This document shows positions 19,720 through 29,694 of a DNA stretch of 64,000 nucleotides, piece by piece. The notes beneath the pieces were generated by a model, which did not search any database, was not told where the DNA came from, and worked only from the letters and a program-made list of their open reading frames with translations. Source of the DNA: an uncultured Prochlorococcus sp. (GTDB lineage: Bacteria > Cyanobacteriota > Cyanobacteriia > PCC-6307 > Cyanobiaceae); assembly GCA_902600475.1 (NCBI GenBank), contig CACKJM010000003.1:24034-88033 (forward strand), read 5' to 3'. A program made the translations under genes and the position numbers. How positions within the stretch are numbered: position 1 is the stretch's first letter; every line of letters begins with the position of its first letter.

Positions 19720-20823
19720 GTGGCTGATGGGATCATGAATAAAGATCAATTACTCTCATTTACCCTCAGACAATTACGTCAAGAAGCAAGTAAATTATCA
19801 GTTCCGCTATACAGTCGTAAAACAAAAGCTGTTTTAGTTGATTTAATACTCAAATATCAAGAAAAATCTACAAAAAAAATATACACTACTCCTCCTAAGT
19901 CTAAATCTGAAGAAAATTTTGAGTCCAATGCATTCAATAGTAGTGAAGAAGTTAAAACAAATGTAGTTTTTCTACCCCGAGATCCAGATTGGGCTTATGT
20001 TTTTTGGCAAATTTCTGATGCAGATAGAGAAAAAGCTCAATCTTTGGGAGCCAATAAATTATGTTTAAGATTATTTGATGCATCTGGTTCTGAAGGAAGC
20101 AACTTGAATCAAGGAACACTTAGGGAGATAGCAGTTGATAGTTACAGTACTGAGTGGTACTTGCCAATCCCACTTGCAGATAGAGATTATAAAGTTGAAT
20201 TAGGATACAAATATGGTTTTAACTGGATGTCATTGGCATTTTCTTCTATAAGCCACGTCCCTGGCTCTCACCCTTCTGAGCAAATTCTTGATAAATTTGT
20301 ACCTTTTAACTTGGATTCTACTTCTGAGTCAATTTCCGATATTTCAAATGCTGCTGTTTCAGAACAAAATGGTATTCATGAAAGGTTATACCAAGCAGCA
20401 ACTAACATTCCTCTCAGAAGAAAAGTTGGTTCTGAAGAATTTATGGAAAATGTAAATTCAACAAACCTTAATGATAACCTTACAGACTCAGGAGCTGGTA
20501 AATGGTCATCAGGTTTAAATGATTCTGGAAGTGGAATTATTAAAAATAGATCTTTTTGGCTCGTTGCTGATGCTGAATTAATTGTTTATGGAGCTACAGA
20601 GCCTTCTGCGAAACTGACAATAGGTGGAGAAGATGTACCCCTTGCTGCAGATGGAACTTTTAGAATTCAAGTTCCATTTAGAGATGGGACTCAAAAATAT
20701 GATATTAAAGCTGTTGATGTATCTGGTGAGCAAGAAAAAAGTATATCAATGAAATTTGATAGAACTACACCACTTGACGATACTAATGAAAAAGATAATT
20801 CTGAGACAGAATGGTTTGAATAA
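19720..20823 (+). CDS. DUF4912 protein with N-terminal Rho_N-like helix-extension-helix
   Basis: TLRQLRQEASKLSVPLYSRKTKAVL, LPRDPDWAYVFW, FWLVADAELIVYGATEP. Confidence 0.88.
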   Translation: MADGIMNKDQLLSFTLRQLRQEASKLSVPLYSRKTKAVLVDLILKYQEKSTKKIYTTPPKSKSEENFESNAFNSSEEVKTNVVFLPRDPDWAYVFWQISDADREKAQSLGANKLCLRLFDASGSEGSNLNQGTLREIAVDSYSTEWYLPIPLADRDYKVELGYKYGFNWMSLAFSSISHVPGSHPSEQILDKFVPFNLDSTSESISDISNAAVSEQNGIHERLYQAATNIPLRRKVGSEEFMENVNSTNLNDNLTDSGAGKWSSGLNDSGSGIIKNRSFWLVADAELIVYGATEPSAKLTIGGEDVPLAADGTFRIQVPFRDGTQKYDIKAVDVSGEQEKSISMKFDRTTPLDDTNEKDNSETEWFE

Positions 20824-20832
20824 ATTAAATTA

Positions 20833-21003
20833 ATGCTGAAAAAAATTGTAGCTTTTACTCCCTTGTTTGGGGCATTAACTTTTCCAATAATAGTTCCAAT
20901 TACAATTTCTAAATTTGGTGTTAACTATGGAATTCTTAGTGCATTATTAATTTCTTCATTATGGTTTATCGCTATGTTAAGAACTTCCGAAATGCCTCAT
21001 TAA
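20833..21003 (+). CDS. Small two-TM membrane protein (56 aa, not in ORF track)
   Basis: Hand translation MLKKIVAFTPLFGALTFPIIVPITISKFGVNYGILSALLISSLWFIAMLRTSEMPH; fills the DUF4912-pgm gap. Confidence 0.8.
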   Translation: MLKKIVAFTPLFGALTFPIIVPITISKFGVNYGILSALLISSLWFIAMLRTSEMPH

Positions 21004-21035
21004 TTTAGTTAGATTTTTGAAAGTTTCTTAAAAAT

Positions 21036-22673
21036 ATGACTCAAGTAAATGTAATTAATATTAATTCTCCTTTTCTAGATCAAAAACCAGGCACTTCTGG
21101 TTTAAGAAAAAGTACTTTGAAGTTTCAGGAAGAACATTATTTAGAAGTTTTTATTGAAGCAATTTTACAATCATTGGAAGATTTACAAGGTTCAACATTA
21201 GTAGTTGGTGGTGATGGCAGATATGGCAATATTGAAGCAATAGAAAAAATTGTCCAAATATGTATTGCTCATAAAGTTCAAAAGGTTATTGTTCCAAAAT
21301 ACGGTTTATTATCTACTCCTGCCACATCACATTTAATTAGAAAAGAAAACGCTATTGGTGGAATTATTCTTTCTGCAAGCCATAATCCTGGTGGGATTAA
21401 TGGAGACTTTGGAGTGAAATTGAATATCTCTAATGGTGGCCCAGCTCCTGAGATAATTACTAATAAGATTTTCAAGGCTTCACAAGTACTAAATAGTTAT
21501 ACAATTTGTAAAGTTCAATTACCTGATTTCAGTGAATATGGAACTTATCCTTACGGTGAAACTACTTTAGAAATTATTGATGGATTAAAAGATTATTCTA
21601 ATTTGATGGAGAAAATTTTTGATTTTGATCAAATTAGTGATTTTTTGAAAAAGGACTTTTCGTTAATCTTTGATGCAATGAATGCGGTTACAGGTCCATA
21701 TGCAAAAAATATTTTTGTTGAAAAAATGGGTCTTGAACGTGCTTGTGTCATGAATGGTACCCCGTTAAAAGATTTTGGAGGTTTACATCCTGATCCTAAT
21801 CTTACTTACGCATCCCACTTGGCTGATTTGTTGTTAAATAAAAAATCTTATAGTTTTGGTGCTGCATGTGATGGAGATGGAGATAGGAATATGATTTTAG
21901 GAAGTGGATGTTTTGTAAATCCTAGTGATAGTCTTGCAGTTATCACTGCTAATACAAAATGTGTTCCTGGTTATAAAGATGGTATTACAGGTGTAGCACG
22001 ATCCATGCCAACCAGTTCAGCGGTTGATAATGTTGCTCGAGCATTAAATATACCTTGTTTCGAGACACCTACTGGGTGGAAGTTTTTTGGAAATCTTTTA
22101 GATTCTAATTTAATTACTTTATGTGGAGAAGAAAGTTTCGGAACAGGTAGTAATCATGTGAGAGAGAAAGATGGACTATGGGCAGTTTTGTATTGGTTAC
22201 AAGTTTTAGCTGAGAAAAAATGTTCAGTAAGTGATTTGATGCAGAATCATTGGAAACAATTTGGTAGGAATTATTATTCAAGACATGATTATGAGGCAAT
22301 TCCCTCAAATATTGCTAATCAAATCTTTAGTAACCTAACTTCTATGCTCGAACATTTAAAAGGAAATAATTTTGCTGGCCATTTAGTTAAAGTTGCAGAT
22401 AACTTTTCATATTTAGATCCTGTTGATAATTCCACAAGTGAAAATCAAGGTTTAAGATTGGTGCTTGATGATAATTCTCGAGTAATTGTTCGCCTTTCTG
22501 GTACTGGAACTAAGGGTGCAACATTAAGACTTTACTTTGAGAAATTTTTCAATCCTCAACAGAATCTTTCGTTAAATCCTCAGATTGCTTTGAAACCTCT
22601 AATAAATGATTTAGATGCTTTATTAAATATTTCAAAACTTACTCAAATGGAAACTCCTACAGTAATTACATAG
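21036..22673 (+). CDS. pgm: Phosphoglucomutase
   Basis: DQKPGTSGLRK, SASHNP, DGDGDR, CGEESFG. Confidence 0.97.
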   Translation: MTQVNVININSPFLDQKPGTSGLRKSTLKFQEEHYLEVFIEAILQSLEDLQGSTLVVGGDGRYGNIEAIEKIVQICIAHKVQKVIVPKYGLLSTPATSHLIRKENAIGGIILSASHNPGGINGDFGVKLNISNGGPAPEIITNKIFKASQVLNSYTICKVQLPDFSEYGTYPYGETTLEIIDGLKDYSNLMEKIFDFDQISDFLKKDFSLIFDAMNAVTGPYAKNIFVEKMGLERACVMNGTPLKDFGGLHPDPNLTYASHLADLLLNKKSYSFGAACDGDGDRNMILGSGCFVNPSDSLAVITANTKCVPGYKDGITGVARSMPTSSAVDNVARALNIPCFETPTGWKFFGNLLDSNLITLCGEESFGTGSNHVREKDGLWAVLYWLQVLAEKKCSVSDLMQNHWKQFGRNYYSRHDYEAIPSNIANQIFSNLTSMLEHLKGNNFAGHLVKVADNFSYLDPVDNSTSENQGLRLVLDDNSRVIVRLSGTGTKGATLRLYFEKFFNPQQNLSLNPQIALKPLINDLDALLNISKLTQMETPTVIT

Positions 22674-22707
22674 AATTGAAAGTAATGATTTTTTTGATTT
22701 TATTTAT

Positions 22708-23997
22708 ATGCATTCAGAAAATTTATTTACTAATTATTCTCAAATAGAAAATAACAAACCTTTGGCAGATCAATTAAGACCAAGGAATTTTGAAGATTTT
22801 TTTGGTCAACAACCAATCCTGAATGAGAATTCGCTTTTAAGAAATGCAATCTTAAACGATAAGATTAGTAATTTTATTTTTTCTGGCCCTCCTGGTGTTG
22901 GAAAAACTACTCTAATTGAAATTATTTCTTTTAATACGCGTTCAAAATTAATTAAGTTAAATGCAGTATTATCAAGTGTAAAAGAATTAAGAAATGAAAT
23001 TGCTAATGCAAAAGAAAGACTAATAAATTCCAAAAGAAAAACAATTTTATTTATCGATGAGGTTCATAGATTTACATCAGTTCAGCAAGATGCTTTATTA
23101 CCTTCAATAGAAAATGGAACTATAACTTTTATTGGTGCTACAACTGAAAACCCTTTCTTTGCTGTTAATAAAGCGCTTGTTAGTAGGTCTCGTATTTTTA
23201 CATTACTTCCTTTGGCAGAAAATGATTTGCAGAAAATAATACAAAAGGTCATAATTCACTATTCTAAAAAAAAAGATTCAAAAAAGGTTTATTTAACACA
23301 AGATGCTATAAGTCATTTAATTAAATTTTCTGGCGGTGATGCAAGAACATTAATCAATGCCCTAGAGATGGCAATAGAAACAAATGCTGAAAATGATGCT
23401 AAAGAAATCAATATCAATCTCTCAATAGCAGAGGATGCAATTCAAAAGAAAAATATTGTTTACGATAAAAGTGGTCAAAATCATTACGATGTAACTAGTG
23501 CCTTTATCAAGTCCATAAGAGGTTCTGATCCAGATGCAACTTTATTCTGGCTTGCGAATATGCTGGAGGCTGGTGAAGATCCTAATTTTATTTTTAGAAG
23601 ACTACTGATATCTGCCAGTGAAGATATAGGAATAGCTGATCCTAATGCCATAGTAGTTGTACAATCCTGTTGTGATGCCTTTGATAGAGTTGGTTTTCCA
23701 GAAGGATTATATTTTTTAACGCAGGCTTCTTTATATTTAGCTATGTCTCCAAAAAGTAATAGTACGAAAAGTATTTTTAAAGCAATTGAAATAATCAAAT
23801 CTACCAATGCTTTTGATGTTCCACTTCATTTAAAAAATAATTCTAATAGTTATGTTAATCCTCATAATTATCCAGGTAAATGGGTTGCACAAGAATATCT
23901 TCCTAAAGCTTTAAAAGGTTTAAAAATATGGGAACCAAATAATAATGGATGGGAAAAAAATCAATATGAAGAATTACTTAGAAGAAAAGAAAACTAG
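22708..23997 (+). CDS. rarA: Replication-associated recombination AAA+ ATPase RarA/MgsA
   Basis: PLADQLRP, GPPGVGKT, FIDEVHRF, ATTENP, SAFIKSIRGSDPDA. Confidence 0.93.
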   Translation: MHSENLFTNYSQIENNKPLADQLRPRNFEDFFGQQPILNENSLLRNAILNDKISNFIFSGPPGVGKTTLIEIISFNTRSKLIKLNAVLSSVKELRNEIANAKERLINSKRKTILFIDEVHRFTSVQQDALLPSIENGTITFIGATTENPFFAVNKALVSRSRIFTLLPLAENDLQKIIQKVIIHYSKKKDSKKVYLTQDAISHLIKFSGGDARTLINALEMAIETNAENDAKEININLSIAEDAIQKKNIVYDKSGQNHYDVTSAFIKSIRGSDPDATLFWLANMLEAGEDPNFIFRRLLISASEDIGIADPNAIVVVQSCCDAFDRVGFPEGLYFLTQASLYLAMSPKSNSTKSIFKAIEIIKSTNAFDVPLHLKNNSNSYVNPHNYPGKWVAQEYLPKALKGLKIWEPNNNGWEKNQYEELLRRKEN

Positions 23998-24650
23998 AAA
24001 TTTTTCGAACAACAAATAATCTCAGGATTAAAAGAAGTTTTTTCTTCGTAGGCCAAAGCGATATTCCAATTATGAAAGTTAATCTGTGAATAATTTAAAT
24101 GTATGTTTTTCTTCTTATGAATTAACTCTTTTGGCTTTTCAAAAAATTGCCAATGGTTAATGTCTTTACCTAATTTCCCATGATCCCATTTTATAGCTGC
24201 CTCAACAGCACACCATTGATTTAATATCATATTTTTTGTTAAATAATTATTATGATTTGACTTATTGGTATGAAAAAAATATTTTTCTGCAAATTTTATA
24301 TGGTTAAAATCTCTATCTGTTCTCTCAATATCAATCCCTATTTTGTCTTTATGCCAAACTATAGTAATGGCATCTTTACAATGACTTAAACTGATATTTC
24401 CCATGCCAGAGGGTAAACTTGGAGGTTCTCCTGGCTGAGCATTAATTTGAATTTCTAAGGGGTGTAAATCAAAAAGTGTTGAAAGTGATTGTCGCAAATA
24501 AGCTCTTGTTTCTAAGAAAATCTTTGATCTTGAATTTGTTAATTTTTTTGCAGTTTTAATTTCTTCTACAGTTGCGACATCTTGAACACCTTTAATCTCA
24601 TAAAACCAAATTTTTGGTATTTTATATTTATACTCATTTAATAATTTCAA
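23994..24650 (-). CDS. Sfp-type 4'-phosphopantetheinyl transferase
   Basis: ISLSH, IGIDIE, WCAVEAAIK. Start is uncertain: TTG at 24650 chosen, ORF extends to 24677. Confidence 0.85.
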   Translation of the reverse strand: MKLLNEYKYKIPKIWFYEIKGVQDVATVEEIKTAKKLTNSRSKIFLETRAYLRQSLSTLFDLHPLEIQINAQPGEPPSLPSGMGNISLSHCKDAITIVWHKDKIGIDIERTDRDFNHIKFAEKYFFHTNKSNHNNYLTKNMILNQWCAVEAAIKWDHGKLGKDINHWQFFEKPKELIHKKKNIHLNYSQINFHNWNIALAYEEKTSFNPEIICCSKNF

Positions 24651-25117
24651 TGGCTCTAAAGGTTGGCGACAAAGCACCAGAATTTAAATTAAAAGATTCT
24701 TTTGAAAAAGAAGTTTCTCTAAGTGATTTTAAAGGTAAACGAATAATACTATATTTTTACCCAAAAGATAATACTCCAGGATGTACTAAAGAAGCATGTA
24801 ATTTTAAAGAGAATTGGGATTTACTCCAAAAAAATAATATTGTTGTACTTGGTATCAGTAAAGACAATGCATCTTCTCATCAGAAGTTTATAGAAAAATT
24901 TAATTTACCTTTTATTCTTTTAACTGATCCTGAACCTTTCAAAGTTTCTTCTGATTACGATAGCTATGGACTAAAGAAATTCATGGGAAAAGAATATATG
25001 GGAATGATGAGAAATACTTTTTTAATTAATACTGAAGGTAACATCGAAAAAATTTACTTAAAGGTAAAAGCAGCAATAATGGCTGATCATATAATTGCAG
25101 ACCTTGGGTTAAGCTAA
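24650..25117 (+). CDS. bcp: Peroxiredoxin Q / BCP
   Basis: FYPKDNTPGCTKEAC; ATG at 24650 gives MALKVGDKAPEF. Confidence 0.95.
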   Translation: MALKVGDKAPEFKLKDSFEKEVSLSDFKGKRIILYFYPKDNTPGCTKEACNFKENWDLLQKNNIVVLGISKDNASSHQKFIEKFNLPFILLTDPEPFKVSSDYDSYGLKKFMGKEYMGMMRNTFLINTEGNIEKIYLKVKAAIMADHIIADLGLS

Positions 25118-25804
25118 TTTTCTTACGGACAGGTGGTGAATAATCATCCCCTCCATAACTAAATTAGGAGCATTGATAATATTTTCTGTTTGAGTCTTTA
25201 GAGAGTTTGTGAGTAATTGAGAGTCTCCTCCACAGATTATTAAAATATCCTTTTCGGGATTAAATAAACTATTTATCACGCCAGTAAGAGAGTTGATTAC
25301 TCCTTTTAAGATTGCTTCTTCAGTATTAATTAAAAAATCTTTGATCGGAATATCATATTTTTTGGGAACTTTAAGATTTTTTGTACTTTGTTCCATTGAT
25401 TTTAATTGTGTTAGAAAACCTGGAAGAAGTTGACCTCCAATAATAGATCCATTTGAATTCAATTTTGTTATTGATAATATTGTTCCAAAATCTGCAATTA
25501 GCAAATCTTTTTTGAAAGGGTTTTCAATTATTTTTAAAGCGGCAATACAGGCAAGAGCTCTATCCACTCCAAAATAATCAGGAAGATTTGATAACTGAAT
25601 ATCTTTAGTTTTTATTTCATTTTCTTTTTTCAGCAAAAAATTTGGTAGTTTTCCTACAGAAGCCCAAATTAATTTATCAAGATCTATATTTTCGAGAACT
25701 TTTTGCTCTTTTTTGGTATGGAAGAATTTAGATTGATTTTTAGAATATTTTGCCCAATGAAGCCTACTATTTCCTACTAATAAAAAATTTATATCTGAGA
25801 CCAT
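25109..25804 (-). CDS. coaX: Type III pantothenate kinase
   Basis: VGNSRLHW, FGVDRAL, ADFGT, CGGD. Confidence 0.9.
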   Translation of the reverse strand: MVSDINFLLVGNSRLHWAKYSKNQSKFFHTKKEQKVLENIDLDKLIWASVGKLPNFLLKKENEIKTKDIQLSNLPDYFGVDRALACIAALKIIENPFKKDLLIADFGTILSITKLNSNGSIIGGQLLPGFLTQLKSMEQSTKNLKVPKKYDIPIKDFLINTEEAILKGVINSLTGVINSLFNPEKDILIICGGDSQLLTNSLKTQTENIINAPNLVMEGMIIHHLSVRKLA

Positions 25805-25819
25805 TGTTCTATGATCAAT

Positions 25820-26542
25820 TTAATTATTAGTGTGTATTCCACATTCTTGTTTAATCCCCCCAAATCTTGTATCTCTGCCCTTTGTTTCAATACCATCAGG
25901 ATTGCTTGAATGCCAATCTCCCACAGAAGAATAACCCTTGATAAAAAGTGGATGGGCAGGTAAATTATTCTCTTCCATATAATAAAAAATATCTTTATTT
26001 GTCCAATTTAATAAAGGTCTTAAAGAGAGTCTTTGACGAATTACGTCTATAACTTTCATTTTGTTTCTATTTTCTGTTTGACTTGATCTAACACCGCTTG
26101 CCCAGCAGAAAATATCATATTTTTCTAGACCATTTTCTAAAGGTTTTATCTTTCTCAATTCATGATATTTATCTAAATCACTCTCTTTATTGGTTTCCCA
26201 AAGTTTTCCGTATTTGGCTTCCATTCTTGCTGGAGATAATTCACTCTGCAGAATTTCAACTTCTAAGGATAAATTATCAATAAGCTTTTCTGCGTAATGG
26301 TATGTTTCATGAGGAAGGTAACCTGTATCTATCCAAAATATTTTGATTTTTTTTTGCAGACATAATTTACTGACCATATCTAAAAGGACTGATGACTGTA
26401 TACCAAAACTCGTTGTAATAGCAAATTGATTATCAAACTTTTCATAACCCCATGTAAGCATTTCTTGGGGTTTCAGATCTACTAGCTCTTGATTATATTT
26501 TCTCAAGTTAGTTTGCATATCTTTGTGGATTTTTTCAATCAT
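25820..26542 (-). CDS. cysH: PAPS reductase
   Basis: TTSFG, DTGY, GYSSVGD, C-terminal ECGIH; lacks the Cys pairs of Fe-S APS reductases. Confidence 0.94.
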   Translation of the reverse strand: MIEKIHKDMQTNLRKYNQELVDLKPQEMLTWGYEKFDNQFAITTSFGIQSSVLLDMVSKLCLQKKIKIFWIDTGYLPHETYHYAEKLIDNLSLEVEILQSELSPARMEAKYGKLWETNKESDLDKYHELRKIKPLENGLEKYDIFCWASGVRSSQTENRNKMKVIDVIRQRLSLRPLLNWTNKDIFYYMEENNLPAHPLFIKGYSSVGDWHSSNPDGIETKGRDTRFGGIKQECGIHTNN

Positions 26543-26637
26543 TCTTCATTTTGGTAATGAGTTTAATTTTATTTCGCTCAATTTAAAAATTATTCGTATA
26601 GTTTAATAATACATTTACGCATAACAATATTTCTCTA

Positions 26638-27831
26638 ATGAAATCAATACAAAAACCAATAGTAATAGTTGGAGCAGGTTTTGCAGGTATGACATTTGCT
26701 TTGAATTTAAAGAACCTTAATCCTTCTCTACCGATTGTTGTGGTTGATTCTGAAACTAACTTTATATTTAAACCTTTAATGTACGAAGTTTTAAGTAAAG
26801 AAATAAGAAGTTGGGAAGCCATCCCGAAATTTGCAAATATTTTTTCTGATGCGGGTATAACTTTTTTAAGAAATTGTTTAATCAAGATTTCCTTCAAAGA
26901 AAATATTCTTGAATTCAGTGACGATTTAAAATTAAGTTATCAGTATCTTGTTATCTGTACAGGATCTATTCCAAATAGTTTTTTTATAAAAGGTGTAGAT
27001 GAAAATTGTCATTTTTTTAATGATTTTCACGATCTAAATAAATTAAATTCTTTTTTAAAAAAATCAAAAGATACTGCCTCGCGTAAAAAGTTATTCATAG
27101 TTGGAGGTGGTCCCTCTGGAATCGAGTTGGCATGCAAAATTAAAGATATATTTAATGATCAACTCGAAATCAATGTTATAGAAAAATCAAACGAAATCCT
27201 AAATAAAAACAAAATTTTTAATAGAGAACAAGCAGAAAAGGCATTAGAAAAAAGAAAAATAAACGTTCTTTTGAATTCCACAGTAAAAGAAGTCTCAGAA
27301 ACTAAGATTAGTATTTCTAGTGAGGTTGGAATAACTTCCTTAGATAAAGATATTGTTATTTGGACTGCAGGTGTTAAACCTAATTTGTCTTATTTACAAA
27401 CTGATCAAATAACAAAAAAATTTGGACGAATTTTAGTTAATAATAATTTGCAAATAGACAACCATAAAAACTGTTTTGCTATTGGTGATATTGCAGTTAT
27501 TGAAGGAATGGAAGATTTACCCATAACTGCTCAGGTAGCTATGCAGGAAGGAAAGCATCTTGCTAATAATTTAGAACTTTTAATTAAAGGGAAGGATCCT
27601 TTACCCTTTGAATTTCAAGATAATGGTGAAATGATTAGCTTAGGAATAGGCGAAGCTTCAATTTCTGGGCTTGGGGTTACCTTATCTGGGAAATTGGCTT
27701 TTGAAGCAAGAAGACTTATATATGCTTCTAAGTTGCCGGATATAACGGAAAGCTTAAAGTCTGCATCTTCATGGATATTCCAAAAAAAATCTATTTTTAA
27801 AAAGTTTCTTAAAAAAGATAATTCCAATTAA
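26638..27831 (+). CDS. Type II NADH dehydrogenase-like FAD oxidoreductase
   Basis: GAGFAG, GGGPSGIELA, IWTAG, FAIGD, TAQVAMQEG. Confidence 0.9.
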   Translation: MKSIQKPIVIVGAGFAGMTFALNLKNLNPSLPIVVVDSETNFIFKPLMYEVLSKEIRSWEAIPKFANIFSDAGITFLRNCLIKISFKENILEFSDDLKLSYQYLVICTGSIPNSFFIKGVDENCHFFNDFHDLNKLNSFLKKSKDTASRKKLFIVGGGPSGIELACKIKDIFNDQLEINVIEKSNEILNKNKIFNREQAEKALEKRKINVLLNSTVKEVSETKISISSEVGITSLDKDIVIWTAGVKPNLSYLQTDQITKKFGRILVNNNLQIDNHKNCFAIGDIAVIEGMEDLPITAQVAMQEGKHLANNLELLIKGKDPLPFEFQDNGEMISLGIGEASISGLGVTLSGKLAFEARRLIYASKLPDITESLKSASSWIFQKKSIFKKFLKKDNSN

Positions 27832-27880
27832 ACTTTTTTGAAATATTGTTTTTGGGTATATTGAGTTAAATAAGTTTCAT

Positions 27881-29689
27881 ATGAATCTAATTTCAGTAGT
27901 TAGTAATAATTTTGATGCGTTAATAACGGTAATTGTTTTAATAATGTCAATAATTTTGTTTATCAAAAATACTATTGCTCCAGAATTGACTGGTTTGTTA
28001 TGTGTTGGAATATTTATAGCTACAGGTGTTCTTTCTCCTGAAAAAGCTTTAGCTGGATTTGGTAGCCCTTCCTTAATCACTCTTATGGGTTTATTTGCAG
28101 TTTCCTCTGCATTATTCAAAAGTGGTGCTTTAGATAGAGTAAGAGAATTGATTTCTTCTGAAAGTATAAGAACGCCAAGGAAATTAATTTCTTTAATCGC
28201 TTTTTTGATTGCTCCAATATCTGGAATTGTCCCTAATACTCCAGTAGTAGCATCTTTGTTACCTTTAATTGAAGGTTGGTGCGAGCGGAGAAATATATCG
28301 CCATCAAAAGTTTTATTACCTCTTTCTTTCGCGACTTTACTAGGTGGAACTCTGACATTATTAGGTAGTTCAGTAAATCTTCTTGTAAGCGATATTAGTC
28401 AACAATTAGGTTATGGCGCTTTGGAATTATTTAGTCTGACTTCAATTGGAATTCCAGTATGGCTTATAGGTACAACCTATATGATCCTAGTTTCTGACGT
28501 CCTTTTGCCAGATAGAGGGAGAGATAAGGAGTTTATTAAAAATGGGGATATGAATATATACTTTACTGAAATTACTATTCCCTCTACTTCAGAATTAGTT
28601 GGACAATCTGTAAGAAATAGTAGATTGCAAAGAAGATTTGATGTTGATGTTCTCGAATTGCAACGAAATGGAAAAGTTATTCTTCCTCCATTGGCTGATA
28701 TAAAGATTGAACCGGATGATAGATTAATAATCCGCGTTACAAGGGCTGACTTATTTCGACTGCAGCAGGAACATACCATTCTCTTGGGAGAAAATAAAAC
28801 ATCTTTTGATGGAGCTAATATTTTCTCAGATGACGAAAGTACTAAAACGTTTGAAGCTCTTTTACCAGCTGGCTCAACTCTGGCTGGTGCAAGTTTGAGA
28901 GAATTAAGATTTAGGCAGCGTCATAATGCAACAGTTTTAGCACTAAGAAGAGGTCAACAAACTGTTCAGGAGAGATTAGGCCAAGCTGTTTTAAGGGCTG
29001 GAGATGTTTTATTATTGCAAGCACCGTTAGATTCAATAAGAGGTTTGCAAGCCAGTAATGATTTACTTGTTTTAGATCAATTCGAAGATGATTTACCTTT
29101 CTTGATAAAAAAACCTATATCGATTGCAATTGCAATAGGGATGGTGGTTTTGCCTTCGGTTACTAATATTCCACTAGTAGGTTCAGTTCTTTTGGCAGTT
29201 ATAGCAATGGTTGCTTTTGGATGTTTAAGACCTGCAGAAATACAAAAATCAATTAGGTTAGACGTTATTTTATTGTTGGGATCTCTATCATGTTTTAGCG
29301 TTGCTATGCAGGTAACAGGATTAGCAGATTTAATTGCATTAAATCTTAATTTTGCTCTTGATGGGTTGCCTTTGTATTTTTCACTAGTCGTAATTTTTGT
29401 ATCGACAGTTATCCTTACCCAATTTATTAGTAATGCTGCTTCGGTTGCTTTGATTTTGCCCGTTGCTATAGAATTTTCAAACGTCTTAGGGATCTCACCT
29501 AGTGCTTTAATAATGCTTGTTTTATTTGGAGCAAGTCAATCTTTCTTGACTCCAATGGGTTATCAAACAAATTTAATGGTTTATGGTCCTGGAAGATATA
29601 GATTTTTTGATATCGCAAAATATGGAGCTGGATTAACACTTATAATGTCATTTGTAGTACCAGCATTGATAATTTTAAATTTCAGATAA
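27881..29689 (+). CDS. SLC13/CitT-family permease with TrkA-C domains
   Basis: LLGGTLTLLGSSVNL, ISNAA, FLTPMGYQTNLMVYGPG; central soluble TrkA-C repeats. Confidence 0.92.
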   Translation: MNLISVVSNNFDALITVIVLIMSIILFIKNTIAPELTGLLCVGIFIATGVLSPEKALAGFGSPSLITLMGLFAVSSALFKSGALDRVRELISSESIRTPRKLISLIAFLIAPISGIVPNTPVVASLLPLIEGWCERRNISPSKVLLPLSFATLLGGTLTLLGSSVNLLVSDISQQLGYGALELFSLTSIGIPVWLIGTTYMILVSDVLLPDRGRDKEFIKNGDMNIYFTEITIPSTSELVGQSVRNSRLQRRFDVDVLELQRNGKVILPPLADIKIEPDDRLIIRVTRADLFRLQQEHTILLGENKTSFDGANIFSDDESTKTFEALLPAGSTLAGASLRELRFRQRHNATVLALRRGQQTVQERLGQAVLRAGDVLLLQAPLDSIRGLQASNDLLVLDQFEDDLPFLIKKPISIAIAIGMVVLPSVTNIPLVGSVLLAVIAMVAFGCLRPAEIQKSIRLDVILLLGSLSCFSVAMQVTGLADLIALNLNFALDGLPLYFSLVVIFVSTVILTQFISNAASVALILPVAIEFSNVLGISPSALIMLVLFGASQSFLTPMGYQTNLMVYGPGRYRFFDIAKYGAGLTLIMSFVVPALIILNFR

Positions 29690-29694
29690 ATAAA

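Noticed and set aside
19567-19749. 60-aa minus-strand ORF upstream of DUF4912
   Set aside because: It overlaps the DUF4912 start and its likely promoter/leader and has no motif; it cannot be supported.
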